DNA of 64,000 bases from Eledone cirrhosa (taxonomy: Eukaryota). A model generated the notes under the pieces. That model was not told the origin of the DNA. It saw only the letters and a list, made by a program, of their open reading frames with translations, and searched no databases. The DNA is taken from contig OZ024752.1 of the NCBI GenBank assembly GCA_964016885.1, forward strand, positions 33,852,001 through 33,916,000, in the 5' to 3' direction. Position numbers and translations under genes: made by a program. Each line of letters opens with the position of its first letter. The stretch's first letter is position 1. Of the stretch, positions 28,501 through 42,100 are shown piece after piece.

Positions 28501-31500
28501 TTTATGTGTTTAATCCTTTCATTACTGTATGTCTAATAAAAGGGACTGTCTATGTGTTTAACCCTTTCATTACTGTAGGTCTAATGAAAAACACTGTCTA
28601 TGTGTTTAACCCTTTCATTACTGTATGTCTAATGAAAGACACTGTCTATGTATTTAATACTTTCATTACTGTATGTCTAATGAAAGACACTGTCTATGTG
28701 TTTAACCCTTTCATTACTGTATGTCTAATGAAAGACACTGTGTATGTCTTTAACCCTTTCATTACTGTATGTCTAATGAAAGACACTGTGTTTAACCCTT
28801 TCATTACTGTATGTCTAATGAAAGACACTGTCTGTGTTTAACCCTTTCATTACTGTATGTCTAATGAAAGACACTGTCTATGTGTTTAATCCTTTCATTA
28901 CTGTATGTCTAATGAAAGACACTGTCTATGTCTTTAACCCTTTCATTACTGTATGTCTAATGAAAGACACTGTTTGTGTTTAACCCTTTCATTACTGTAT
29001 ATCTAATGAAAGACACTGTCTATGTGTTTAACCCTTTCATTACTGTATTTCTAATGAAAGACACTGTCTATGTGTTTAACCCTTTTATTACTGTATATCT
29101 AATGAAAGACACTGTCTATGTGTTTAACCCTTTAATTACTGTATGTCTAATGAAAGACACTGTCTATGTGTTTAACCCTTTCATTACTGTATGTCTAATG
29201 AAAGACACTGTCTATGTGTTTTACCATTTCATTACTGTATGTCTAATGAAAGACACTGTCTATGTGTTTAACCCTTTCATTACTGTATGTCTAATGAAAG
29301 AAACTGTCTATGTCTTTAACCCTTTCATTACTGTATGTCTAATGAAAGACACTGTCTATGTCTTTAACCCTTTCATTACTGTATGTCTAATGAAAGACAC
29401 CGTCTATGTCTTTAACCCTTTATTTACTGTATTTGTAATGAAAGACACTGTCTATGTGTTTAATCCTTTCATTACTGTATGTCTAATGAAAGACACTGTC
29501 TATGTGTTTAACCCTTTCATTACTGTATGTCTAATGAAAGAAACTGTCTATGTCTTTAACCCTTTCATTACTGTATGTCTAATGAAAGACACTGTCTATG
29601 TCTTTAACCCTTTCATTACTGTATGTCTAATGAAAGACACTGTCTATGTCTTTAACCCTTTATTTACTGTATTTGTAATGAAAGACACTGTCTATGTGTT
29701 TAATCCTTTCATTACTGTATGTCTATTGAAAGACACTGTCTATTTTTAATACTTTCATTACTGTATGTCTAATGAAAGACACTGTTTATGTGTTTAATCC
29801 TTTCATTACTGTATGTCTAATGAAAGACACTGTTTATGTGTTTAATCCTTTCATTACTGTATGTCTAATAAAAGGGACTGTCTATGTGTTTAACCCTTTC
29901 ATTACTGTAGGTCTAATGAAAGACACTGTCTATGTGTTTAACCCTTTCATTACTGTATGTCTAATGAAAGACACTGTCTATGTATTTAATCCTTTCATTA
30001 CTGTATGTCTAGTGAAAGACACTGTCTATGTCTTTAACCCTTTCATTACTGTATGTCTAATGAAAGACACTGTCTATGTGTTTAACCCTTTCATTACTGT
30101 ATGTCTAATCAAAGACATTGTCTGTGTGTTTAACCCTTTCATTACTCTATGTCTAATGAAAGACACTGTCTGTGTGTTTAACCCTTTCATTACTGTATGT
30201 CTAATGAAAGACACAGTCTATGTGTTTAATCCTTTCATTACTGTATGTCTAATGAAAGACACAGTCTATATGTTTAACCCTTTCATTACTGTATGTCTAA
30301 TGAAAGACACAGTCTATGTGTTTAACCCTTTCATTACTGTATGTCTAATGAAAGACACTGTCTATGTGTTTAACCCTTTCATTACTGTATGTCTAATGAA
30401 AGACACGGTCTATGTGTTTAATCCTTTCATTACTGTATGTCTAATGAAAGACACAGTCTATGTGTTTAACCCTTTCATTACTGTATGTCTAATGAAAGAC
30501 ACTGTCTATGTGTTTAACCCTTTCATTACTGTATGTCTAATGAAAGACACTGTCTATGTATTTAATCCTTTCATTACTGTATGTCTAATGAAAGACACTG
30601 TCTATGTCTTTAACCCTTTCATTACTGTATGTCTAATGAAAGACACTGTCTGTGTTTAACCCTTTCATTACTGTATGTCTAATGAAAGACACAGTCTATG
30701 TGTTTAATCCTTTCATTACTGTATGTCTAATGAAAGACACTGTCTATGTGTTTAACCCTTTCATTACTGTATGTCTAATGAAAGACACTGTCTATGTGTT
30801 TAACCCTTTCATTACTGTATGTCTAATGAAAGACACTGTCTATGTATTTAATACTTACATTACTGTATGTCTAATGAAAGACACTGTCTATGTGTTTAAC
30901 CCTTTCATTACTGTATGTCTAATGAAAGACACTGTGTATGTCTTTAACCCTTTCATTACTGTATGTCTAATGAAAGACACTGTGTTTAACCCTTTCATTA
31001 CTGTATGTCTAATGAAAGACACTGTCTGTGTTTAACCCTTTCATTACTGTATGTCTAATGAAAGACACTGTCTATGTGTTTAATCCTTTCATTACTGTAT
31101 GTCTAATGAAAGACACTGTCTATGCCTTTAACCCTTTCATTACTGTATGTCTAATGAAAGACACTGTCTGTGTTTCACCCTTTCATTACTGTATGTCTAA
31201 TGAAAGACACTGTCTATGTGTTTAACCCTTTCATTACTGTATTTCTAATGAAAGACACTGTCTATGTGTTTAATCCTTTCATTACTGTATGTCTAATGAA
31301 AGACACTGTCTATGTGTTTAACCCTTTCATTACTGTATATCTAATGAAAGACACTGTCTATGTGTTTACCCCTTTCATTACTGTATGTCTAATGAAAGAC
31401 ACTGTCTATGTGTTTAACCCTTTCATTACTGTATGTCTAATGAAAGACACTGTCTATGTGTTTTACCATTTCATTACTGTATGTCTAATGAAAGACACTG

Positions 31501-34500
31501 TCTATGTGTTTAACCCTTTCATTACTGTATGTCTAATGAAAGAAACTGTCTATGTCTTTAACCCTTTCATTACTGTATGTCTAATGAAAGACACTGTCTA
31601 TGTCTTTAACCCTTTCATTACTGTATGTCTAATGAAAGACACTGTCTATGTCTTTAACCCTTTATTTACTGTATTTGTAATGAAAGACACTGTCTATGTG
31701 TTTAATCCTTTCATTACTGTATGTCTAATGAAAGACACTGTCTATGTGTTTAACCCTTTCATTACTGTATGTCTAATGAAAGAAACTGTCTATGTCTTTA
31801 ACCCTTTCATTACTGTATGTCTAATGAAAGACACTGTCTATGTCTTTAACCCTTTCATTACTGTATGTCTAATGAAAGACACTGTCTATGTCTTTAACCC
31901 TTTATTTACTGTATTTGTAATGAAAGACACTGTCTATGTGTTTAATTCTTTCATTACTGTATGTCTATTGAAAGACACTGTCTATGTTTAATACTTTCAT
32001 TACTGTATGTCTAATGAAAGACACTGTTTATGTGTTTAATCCTTTCATTACTGTATGTCTAATAAAAGGGACTGTCTATGTGTTTAACCCTTTCATTACT
32101 GTAGGTCTAATGAAAGACACTGTCTATGTGTTTAACCCTTTCATTACTGTATGTCTAATGAAAGACACTGTCTATGTGTTTAACCCTTTCATTACTGTAG
32201 GTCTAATGAAAGACACTGTCTATGAGATTAACCCTTTCATTACTGTATGTCTAATGAAAGACACTGTCTATGTGTTTAACCCTTTCATTACTGTATGTCT
32301 AATGAAAGACATTGTCTGTGTGTTTAACCCTTTCATTACTGTATGTCTAATCAAAGACATTGTCTGTGTGTTTAACCCTTTCATTACTCTATGTCTAATG
32401 AAAGACACTGTCTGTGTGTTTAACCCTTTCATTACTGTATGTCTATTGAAAGACACTGTCTATGTTTAATACTTTCATTACTGTATGTCTAATGAAAGAC
32501 ACTGTTTATGTGTTTAATCCTTTCATTACTGTATGTCTAATGAAAGACACTGTTTATGTGTTTAATCCTTTCATTACTGTATGTCTAATAAAAGGGACTG
32601 TCTATGTGTTTAACCCTTTCATTACTGTAGGTCTAATGAAAAACACTGTCTATGTGTTTAACCCTTTCATTACTGTATGTCTAATGAAAGACACTGTCTA
32701 TGTATTTAATACTTTCATTACTGTATGTCTAATGAAAGACACTGTCTATGTGTTTAACCCTTTCATTACTGTATGTCTAATGAAAGACACTGTGTATGTC
32801 TTTAACCCTTTCATTACTGTATGTCTAATGAAAGACACTGTGTTTAACCCTTTCATTACTGTATGTCTAATGAAAGACACTGTCTGTGTTTAACCCTTTC
32901 ATTACTGTATGTCTAATGAAAGACACTGTCTATGTGTTTAATCCTTTCATTACTGTATGTCTAATGAAAGACACTGTCTATGTCTTTAACCCTTTCATTA
33001 CTGTATGTCTAATGAAAGACACTGTTTGTGTTTAACCCTTTCATTACTGTATATCTAATGAAAGACACTGTCTATGTGTTTAACCCTTTCATTACTGTAT
33101 TTCTAATGAAAGACACTGTCTATGTGTTTAACCCTTTTATTACTGTATATCTAATGAAAGACACTGTCTATGTGTTTAACCCTTTAATTACTGTATGTCT
33201 AATGAAAGACACTGTCTATGTGTTTAACCCTTTCATTACTGTATGTCTAATGAAAGACACTGTCTATGTGTTTTACCATTTCATTACTGTATGTCTAATG
33301 AAAGACACTGTCTATGTGTTTAACCCTTTCATTACTGTATGTCTAATGAAAGAAACTGTCTATGTCTTTAACCCTTTCATTACTGTATGTCTAATGAAAG
33401 ACACTGTCTATGTCTTTAACCCTTTCATTACTGTATGTCTAATGAAAGACACCGTCTATGTCTTTAACCCTTTATTTACTGTATTTGTAATGAAAGACAC
33501 TGTCTATGTGTTTAATCCTTTCATTACTGTATGTCTAATGAAAGACACTGTCTATGTGTTTAACCCTTTCATTACTGTATGTCTAATGAAAGAAACTGTC
33601 TATGTCTTTAACCCTTTCATTACTGTATGTCTAATGAAAGACACTGTCTATGTCTTTAACCCTTTCATTACTGTATGTCTAATGAAAGACACTGTCTATG
33701 TCTTTAACCCTTTATTTACTGTATTTGTAATGAAAGACACTGTCTATTTGTTTAATCCTTTCATTACTGTATGTCTATTGAAAGACACTGTCTATTTTTA
33801 ATACTTTCATTACTGTATGTCTAATGAAAGACACTGTTTATGTGTTTAATCCTTTCATTACTGTATGTCTAGTGAAAGACACTGTCTATGTCTTTAACCC
33901 TTTCATTACTGTATGTCTAATGAAAGACACTGTCTATGTGTTTAACCCTTTCATTACTGTATGTCTAATCAAAGACATTGTCTGTGTGTTTAACCCTTTC
34001 ATTACTCTATGTCTAATGAAAGACACTGTCTGTGTGTTTAACCCTTTCATTACTGTATGTCTAATGAAAGACACAGTCTATGTGTTTAATCCTTTCATTA
34101 CTGTATGTCTAATGAAAGACACAGTCTATATGTTTAACCCTTTCATTACTGTATGTCTAATGAAAGACACAGTCTATGTGTTTAACCCTTTCATTACTGT
34201 ATGTCTAATGAAAGACACTGTCTATGTGTTTAACCCTTTCATTACTGTATGTCTAATGAAAGACACGGTCTATGTGTTTAATCCTTTCATTACTGTATGT
34301 CTAATGAAAGACACAGTCTATGTGTTTAACCCTTTCATTACTGTATGTCTAATGAAAGACACTGTCTATGTGTTTAACCCTTTCATTACTGTATGTCTAA
34401 TGAAAGACACTGTCTATGTATTTAATCCTTTCATTACTGTATGTCTAATGAAAGACACTGTCTATGTCTTTAACCCTTTCATTACTGTATGTCTAATGAA

Positions 34501-35963
34501 AGACACTGTCTGTGTTTAACCCTTTCATTACTGTATGTCTAATGAAAGACACAGTCTATGTGTTTAATCCTTTCATTACTGTATGTCTAATGAAAGACAC
34601 TGTCTATGTGTTTAACCCTTTCATTACTGTATGTCTAATGAAAGACACTGTCTATGTGTTTAACCCTTTCATTACTGTATGTCTAATGAAAGACACTGTC
34701 TATGTATTTAATACTTACATTACTGTATGTCTAATGAAAGACACTGTCTATGTGTTTAACCCTTTCATTACTGTATGTCTAATGAAAGACACTGTGTATG
34801 TCTTTAACCCTTTCATTACTGTATGTCTAATGAAAGACACTGTGTTTAACCCTTTCATTACTGTATGTCTAATGAAAGACACTGTCTGTGTTTAACCCTT
34901 TCATTACTGTATGTCTAATGAAAGACACTGTCTATGTGTTTAATCCTTTCATTACTGTATGTCTAATGAAAGACACTGTCTATGTCTTTAACCCTTTCAT
35001 TACTGTATGTCTAATGAAAGACACTGTCTGTGTTTCACCCTTTCATTACTGTATGTCTAATGAAAGACACTGTCTATGTGTTTAACCCTTTCATTACTGT
35101 ATTTCTAATGAAAGACACTGTCTATGTGTTTAATCCTTTCATTACTGTATGTCTAATGAAAGACACTGTCTATGTGTTTAACCCTTTCATTACTGTATAT
35201 CTAATGAAAGACACTGTCTATGTGTTTACCCCTTTCATTACTGTATGTCTAATGAAAGACACTGTCTATGTGTTTAACCCTTTCATTACTGTATGTCTAA
35301 TGAAAGACACTGTCTATGTGTTTTACCATTTCATTACTGTATGTCTAATGAAAGACACTGTCTATGTGTTTAACCCTTTCATTACTGTATGTCTAATGAA
35401 AGAAACTGTCTATGTCTTTAACCCTTTCATTACTGTATGTCTAATGAAAGACACTGTCTATGTCTTTAACCCTTTCATTACTGTATGTCTAATGAAAGAC
35501 ACTGTCTATGTCTTTAACCCTTTATTTACTGTATTTGTAATGAAAGACACTGTCTATGTGTTTAATCCTTTCATTACTGTATGTCTAATGAAAGACACTG
35601 TCTATGTGTTTAACCCTTTCATTACTGTATGTCTAATGAAAGAAACTGTCTATGTCTTTAACCCTTTCATTACTGTATGTCTAATGAAAGACACTGTCTA
35701 TGTCTTTAACCCTTTCATTACTGTATGTCTAATGAAAGACACTGTCTATGTCTTTAACCCTTTATTTACTGTATTTGTAATGAAAGACACTGTCTATGTG
35801 TTTAATTCTTTCATTACTGTATGTCTATTGAAAGACACTGTCTATGTTTAATACTTTCATTACTGTATGTCTAATGAAAGACACTGTTTATGTGTTTAAT
35901 CCTTTCATTACTGTATGTCTAATAAAAGGGACTGTCTATGTGTTTAACCCTTTCATTACTGTA
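18358..35963. repeat. Tandem block duplication, 8,812-bp period (copies about 18,358-27,151 and 27,170-35,963)
   Basis: A long run of ORF-track pairs is offset by exactly 8,812 (18698/27510 through 27032/35844). Only a few private differences were seen, near 22617, 31125 and 32225. Confidence 0.94.
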
Positions 35964-36226
35964 GGTCTAATGAAAGACACTGTCTATGCGTTTAACCCTT
36001 TCATTACTGTATGTCTAATGAAAGACACTGTCTATGTGTTTAACCCTTTCATTACTGTAGGTCTAATGAAAGACACTGTCTATGTGATTAACCCTTTCAT
36101 TACTGTATGTCTAATGAAAGACACTGTCTATGTGTTTAACCCTTTCATTACTGTATGTCTAATGAAAGACATTGTCTGTGTGTTTAACCCTTTCATTACT
36201 GTATGTCTAATCAAAGACATTGTCTG

Positions 36227-37180
36227 TGTGTTTAACCCTTTCATTACTCTATGTCTAATGAAAGACACTGTCTGTGTGTTTAACCCTTTCATTACTGTAT
36301 GTCTAATGAAAGACACAGTCTATGTGTTTAATCCTTTCATTACTGTATGTCTAATGAAAGACACAGTCTATGTGTTTAACCCTTTCATTACTGTATGTCT
36401 AATGAAAGACACAGTCTATGTGTTTAACCCTTTCATTACTGTATGTCTAATGAAAGACACTGTCTATGTGTTTAACCCTTTCATTACTGTATGTCTAATG
36501 AAAGACACAGTCTATGTGTTTAATCCTTTCATTACTGTATGTCTAATGAAAGACACAGTCTATGTGTTTAATCCTTTCATTACTGTATGTCTAATGAAAG
36601 ACACTGTCTATGTGTTTAACCCTTTCATTACTGTATGTCTAATGAAAGACACTGTCTATGTATTTAATACTTACATTACTGTATGTCTAATGAAAGACAC
36701 TGTCTATGTGTTTAACCCTTTCATTACTCTATGTCTAATGAAAGACACTGTCTGTGTGTTTAACCCTTTCATTACTGTATGTCTAATGAAAGACACAGTC
36801 TATGTGTTTAATCCTTTCATTACTGTATGTCTAATGAAAGACACAGTCTATGTGTTTAACCCTTTCATTACTGTATGTCTAATGAAAGACACAGTCTATG
36901 TGTTTAACCCTTTCATTACTGTATGTCTAATGAAAGACACTGTCTATGTGTTTAACCCTTTCATTACTGTATGTCTAATGAAAGACACAGTCTATGTGTT
37001 TAATCCTTTCATTACTGTATGTCTAATGAAAGACACAGTCTATGTGTTTAATCCTTTCATTACTGTATGTCTAATGAAAGACACTGTCTATGTGTTTAAC
37101 CCTTTCATTACTGTATGTCTAATGAAAGACACTGTCTATGTATTTAATACTTACATTACTGTATGTCTAATGAAAGACAC
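36227..37180. repeat. 10-monomer (480-bp) local tandem duplication
   Basis: The sequence starting at 36241 matches that starting at 36721. Markers ACTCTATG and AATACTTACATTA each recur 480 bp apart. Confidence 0.9.
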
Positions 37181-39173
37181 AGTCTATGTGTTTAATCCTT
37201 TCATTACTGTATGTCTAATGAAAGACACTGTCTATGTGTTTAACCCTTTCATTACTGTATGTCTAATGAAAGACCTTTCATTACTGTATTTCTAATGAAA
37301 GACACTGTCTATGTGATTAATCCTTTCATTACTGTATGTCTAATGAAATACACTGTCTATGTGTTTAATCCTTTCACTGCTGTATGTCTAATGAAGGACA
37401 CTGTCTATGTTGAATCCTTTCATTACTGTATGTCTAATCAAAGACACTGTTTATGTGTTTAATCCTTTCATTACTGTATCTCTAATGAAAGACACTGTTT
37501 ATGTGTTTAATTCTTTCATTACTGTATGTCTAATAAAAGGGACTGTCTATGTGTTTAACCCTTTCATTACTGTATGTCTAATGAAAGACACTGTCTATGT
37601 GTTTAACCCTTTCATTACTGTATGTCTAATGAAAGACACTGTCTATGTATTTAATCCTTTCATTACTGTATGTCTAATGAAAGACACAGTCTATGTGTTT
37701 AATCCTTTCATTACTGTATGTCTAATGAAAGACACTGTCTATGTGTTTAACCCTTTCATTACTGTATGTCTAATGAAAGACACAGTCTATGTGTTTAATC
37801 CTTTCATTACTGTATGTCTAATGAAAGACACTGTCTATGTGTTTAACCCTTTCATTACTGTATGTCTAATGAAAGACACTGTCTATGTGTTTAACCCTTT
37901 CATTACTGTATGTCTAATGAAAGACACTGTCTATGTATTTAATACTTACATTACTGTATGTCTAATGAAAGACACTGTCTATGTGTTTAACCCTTTCATT
38001 ACTGTATGTCTAATGAAAGACACTGTGTATGTCTTTAACCCTTTCATTACTGTATGTCTAATGAAAGACACTGTGTTTAACCCTTTCATTACTGTATGTC
38101 TAATGAAAGACACTGTCTGTGTTTAACCCTTTCATTACTGTATGTCTAATGAAAGACACTGTCTATGTGTTTAATCCTTTCATTACTGTATGTCTAATGA
38201 AAGACACTGTCTATGTCTTTAACCCTTTCATTACTGTATGTCTAATGAAAGACACTGTCTGTGTTTCACCCTTTCATTACTGTATGTCTAATGAAAGACA
38301 CTGTCTATGTGTTTAACCCTTTCATTACTGTATTTCTAATGAAAGACACTGTCTATGTGTTTAATCCTTTCATTACTGTATGTCTAATGAAAGACACTGT
38401 CTATGTGTTTAACCCTTTCATTACTGTATATCTAATGAAAGACACTGTCTATGTGTTTACCCCTTTCATTACTGTATGTCTAATGAAAGACACTGTCTAT
38501 GTGTTTAACCCTTTCATTACTGTATGTCTAATGAAAGACACTGTCTATGTGTTTTACCATTTCATTACTGTATGTCTAATGAAAGACACTGTCTATGTGT
38601 TTAACCCTTTCATTACTGTATGTCTAATGAAAGAAACTGTCTATGTCTTTAACCCTTTCATTACTGTATGTCTAATGAAAGACACTGTCTATGTCTTTAA
38701 CCCTTTATTTACTGTATTTGTAATGAAAGACACTGTCTATGTGTTTAATCCTTTCATTACTGTATGTCTAATGAAAGACACTGTCTATGTGTTTAACCCT
38801 TTCATTACTGTATGTCTAATGAAAGAAACTGTCTATGTCTTTAACCCTTTCATTACTGTATGTCTAATGAAAGACACTGTCTATGTCTTTAACCCTTTCA
38901 TTACTGTATGTCTAATGAAAGACACTGTCTATGTCTTTAACCCTTTATTTACTGTATTTGTAATGAAAGACACTGTCTATGTGTTTAATTCTTTCATTAC
39001 TGTATGTCTATTGAAAGACACTGTCTATGTTTAATACTTTCATTACTGTATGTCTAATGAAAGACACTGTTTATGTGTTTAATCCTTTCATTACTGTATG
39101 TCTAATAAAAGGGACTGTCTATGTGTTTAACCCTTTCATTACTGTAGGTCTAATGAAAGACACTGTCTATGTG

Positions 39174-42100
39174 TTTAACCCTTTCATTACTGTATGTCTA
39201 ATGAAAGACACTGTCTATGTGTTTAACCCTTTCATTACTGTAGGTCTAATGAAAGACACTGTCTATGTGATTAACCCTTTCATTACTGTATGTCTAATGA
39301 AAGACACTGTCTATGTGTTTAACCCTTTCATTACTGTATGTCTAATGAAAGACATTGTCTGTGTGTTTAACCCTTTCATTACTGTATGTCTAATCAAAGA
39401 CATTGTCTGTGTGTTTAACCCTTTCATTACTCTATGTCTAATGAAAGACACTGTCTGTGTGTTTAACCCTTTCATTACTGTATGTCTAATGAAAGACACA
39501 GTCTATGTGTTTAATCCTTTCATTACTGTATGTCTAATGAAAGACACAGTCTATGTGTTTAACCCTTTCATTACTGTATGTCTAATGAAAGACACAGTCT
39601 ATGTGTTTAACCCTTTCATTACTGTATGTCTAATGAAAGACACTGTCTATGTGTTTAACCCTTTCATTACTGTATGTCTAATGAAAGACACAGTCTATGT
39701 GTTTAATCCTTTCATTACTGTATGTCTAATGAAAGACACAGTCTATGTGTTTAATCCTTTCATTACTGTATGTCTAATGAAAGACACTGTCTATGTGTTT
39801 AACCCTTTCATTACTGTATGTCTAATGAAAGACAGTCTATGTGTTTAACCCTTTCATTACTGTATGTCTAATGAAAGACACAGTCTATGTGTTTAATCCT
39901 TTCATTACTGTATGTCTAATGAAAGACACTGTCTATGTGTTTAACCCTTTCATTACTGTATGTCTAATGAAAGACCTTTCATTACTGTATTTCTAATGAA
40001 AGACACTGTCTATGTGATTAATCCTTTCATTACTGTATGTCTAATGAAATACACTGTCTATGTGTTTAATCCTTTCATTGCTGTATGTCTAATGAAGGAC
40101 ACTGTCTATGTTGAATCCTTTCATTACTGTATGTCTAATCAAAGACACTGTTTATGTGTTTAATCCTTTCATTACTGTATCTCTAATGAAAGACACTGTT
40201 TATGTGTTTAATCCTTTCATTACTGTATGTCTAATAAAAGGGACTGTCTATGTGTTTAACCCTTTCATTACTGTATGTCTAATGAAAGACACTGTCTATG
40301 TGTTTAACCCTTTCATTACTGTATGTCTAATGAAAGACACTGTCTATGTATTTAATCCTTTCATTACTGTATGTCTAATGAAAGACACAGTCTATGTGTT
40401 TAATCCTTTCATTACTGTATGTCTAATGAAAGACACTGTCTATGTGTTTAACCCTTTCATTACTGTATGTCTAATGAAAGACACAGTCTATGTGTTTAAT
40501 CCTTTCATTACTGTATGTCTAATGAAAGACACTGTCTATGTGTTTAACCCTTTCATTACTGTATGTCTAATGAAATACACAGTCTATGTGTTTAACCCTT
40601 TCATTACTGTATGTCTAATGAAAGACACTGTCTATGTGTTTAACCCTTTTATTACTGTATGTCTAATGAAAGACACAGTTTATGTGTTTAATCCTTTCAT
40701 TACTGTATGTCTAATGAAAGACACTGTCTATGTGTTTAACCCTTTCATTACTGTATGTCTAATGAAAGCCCTTTCATTACTGTATTTCTAATGAAAGACA
40801 CTGTCTATGTGTTTAATCCTTTCATTACTGTATGTCTAATGAAAGACACTGTCTATGTGTTTAATCCTTTCATTGCTGTATGTCTAATGAAAGACACTGT
40901 CTATGTGTTTAACCCTTTCATTACTGTATGTCTATTGAAAGACACTGTCTATGTTGAATCCTTTCATTACTGTATGTCTAATGAAAGACACTGTCTATGT
41001 CTTTAACCCTTTCATTACTGTATGTCTAATGAAAGACAATGTCTGTGTTTAACCCTTTCATTACTGTATGTCTAATGAAAGACATTGTCTGTGTGTTTAA
41101 CCCTTTCATTACTGTATGTCTAATGAAAGACACTGTCTATGTATTTAATCCTTTCATTACTGTATGTCTAATGAAAGACACTGTCTGTGTTTAACCCTTT
41201 CATTACTGTATGTCTAATGAAAGACACAGTCTATGTGTTTAATCCTTTCATTACTGTATGTCTAATGAAATACACTGTCTATGTATTTAACCCTTTCATT
41301 ACTGTAAGTCTAATGAAAGACACTGTCTGTGTTTAACCCTTTCATTACTGTATGTCTAATGAAAGACACTGTCTATGTGTTTAATCCTTTCATTACTGTA
41401 TGTCTAATGAAAGACACAGTCTATGTGTTTAATCCTTTCATTACTGTATGTCTAATGAAAGACACAGTCTGTGTTTAACCCTTTCATTACTGTATGTCTA
41501 ATGAAAGACACTGTCTGTGTGTTTAACCCTTTCATTACTGTATGTCTAATGAAAGACACAGTCTATGTATTTAATCCTTTCATTACTGTATGTCTAATGA
41601 AAGACACTGTCTATGTCTTTAATCCTTTCATTACTGTATGTCTAATAAAAGGGACTGTCTATGTGTTTAACTCTTTCATTACTGTAGGTCTAATGAAAGA
41701 CACTGTCTATGTGTTTAACCCTTTCATTACTGTATGTCTAATGAAAGACACTGTCTATGTATTTAATCCTTTCATTACTGTATGTCTAATGAAAACACTG
41801 TCTGTGTTTAACCCTTTCATTACTGTATGTCTAATGAAAGACACAGTCTATGTGTTTAATCCTTTCATTACTGTATGTCTAATGAAAGACACAGTCTATG
41901 TGTTTAATCCTTTCATTACTGTATGTCTAATGAAAGACACAGTCTGTGTTTAACCCTTTCATTACTGTATGTCTAATGAAAGACACTGTCTGTGTGTTTA
42001 ACCCTTTCATTACTGTATGTCGAATGAAAGACACAGTCTATGTGTTTAATCCTTTCATTACTGTATGTCTAATAAAAGACACAGTCTATGTGTTTAACCG

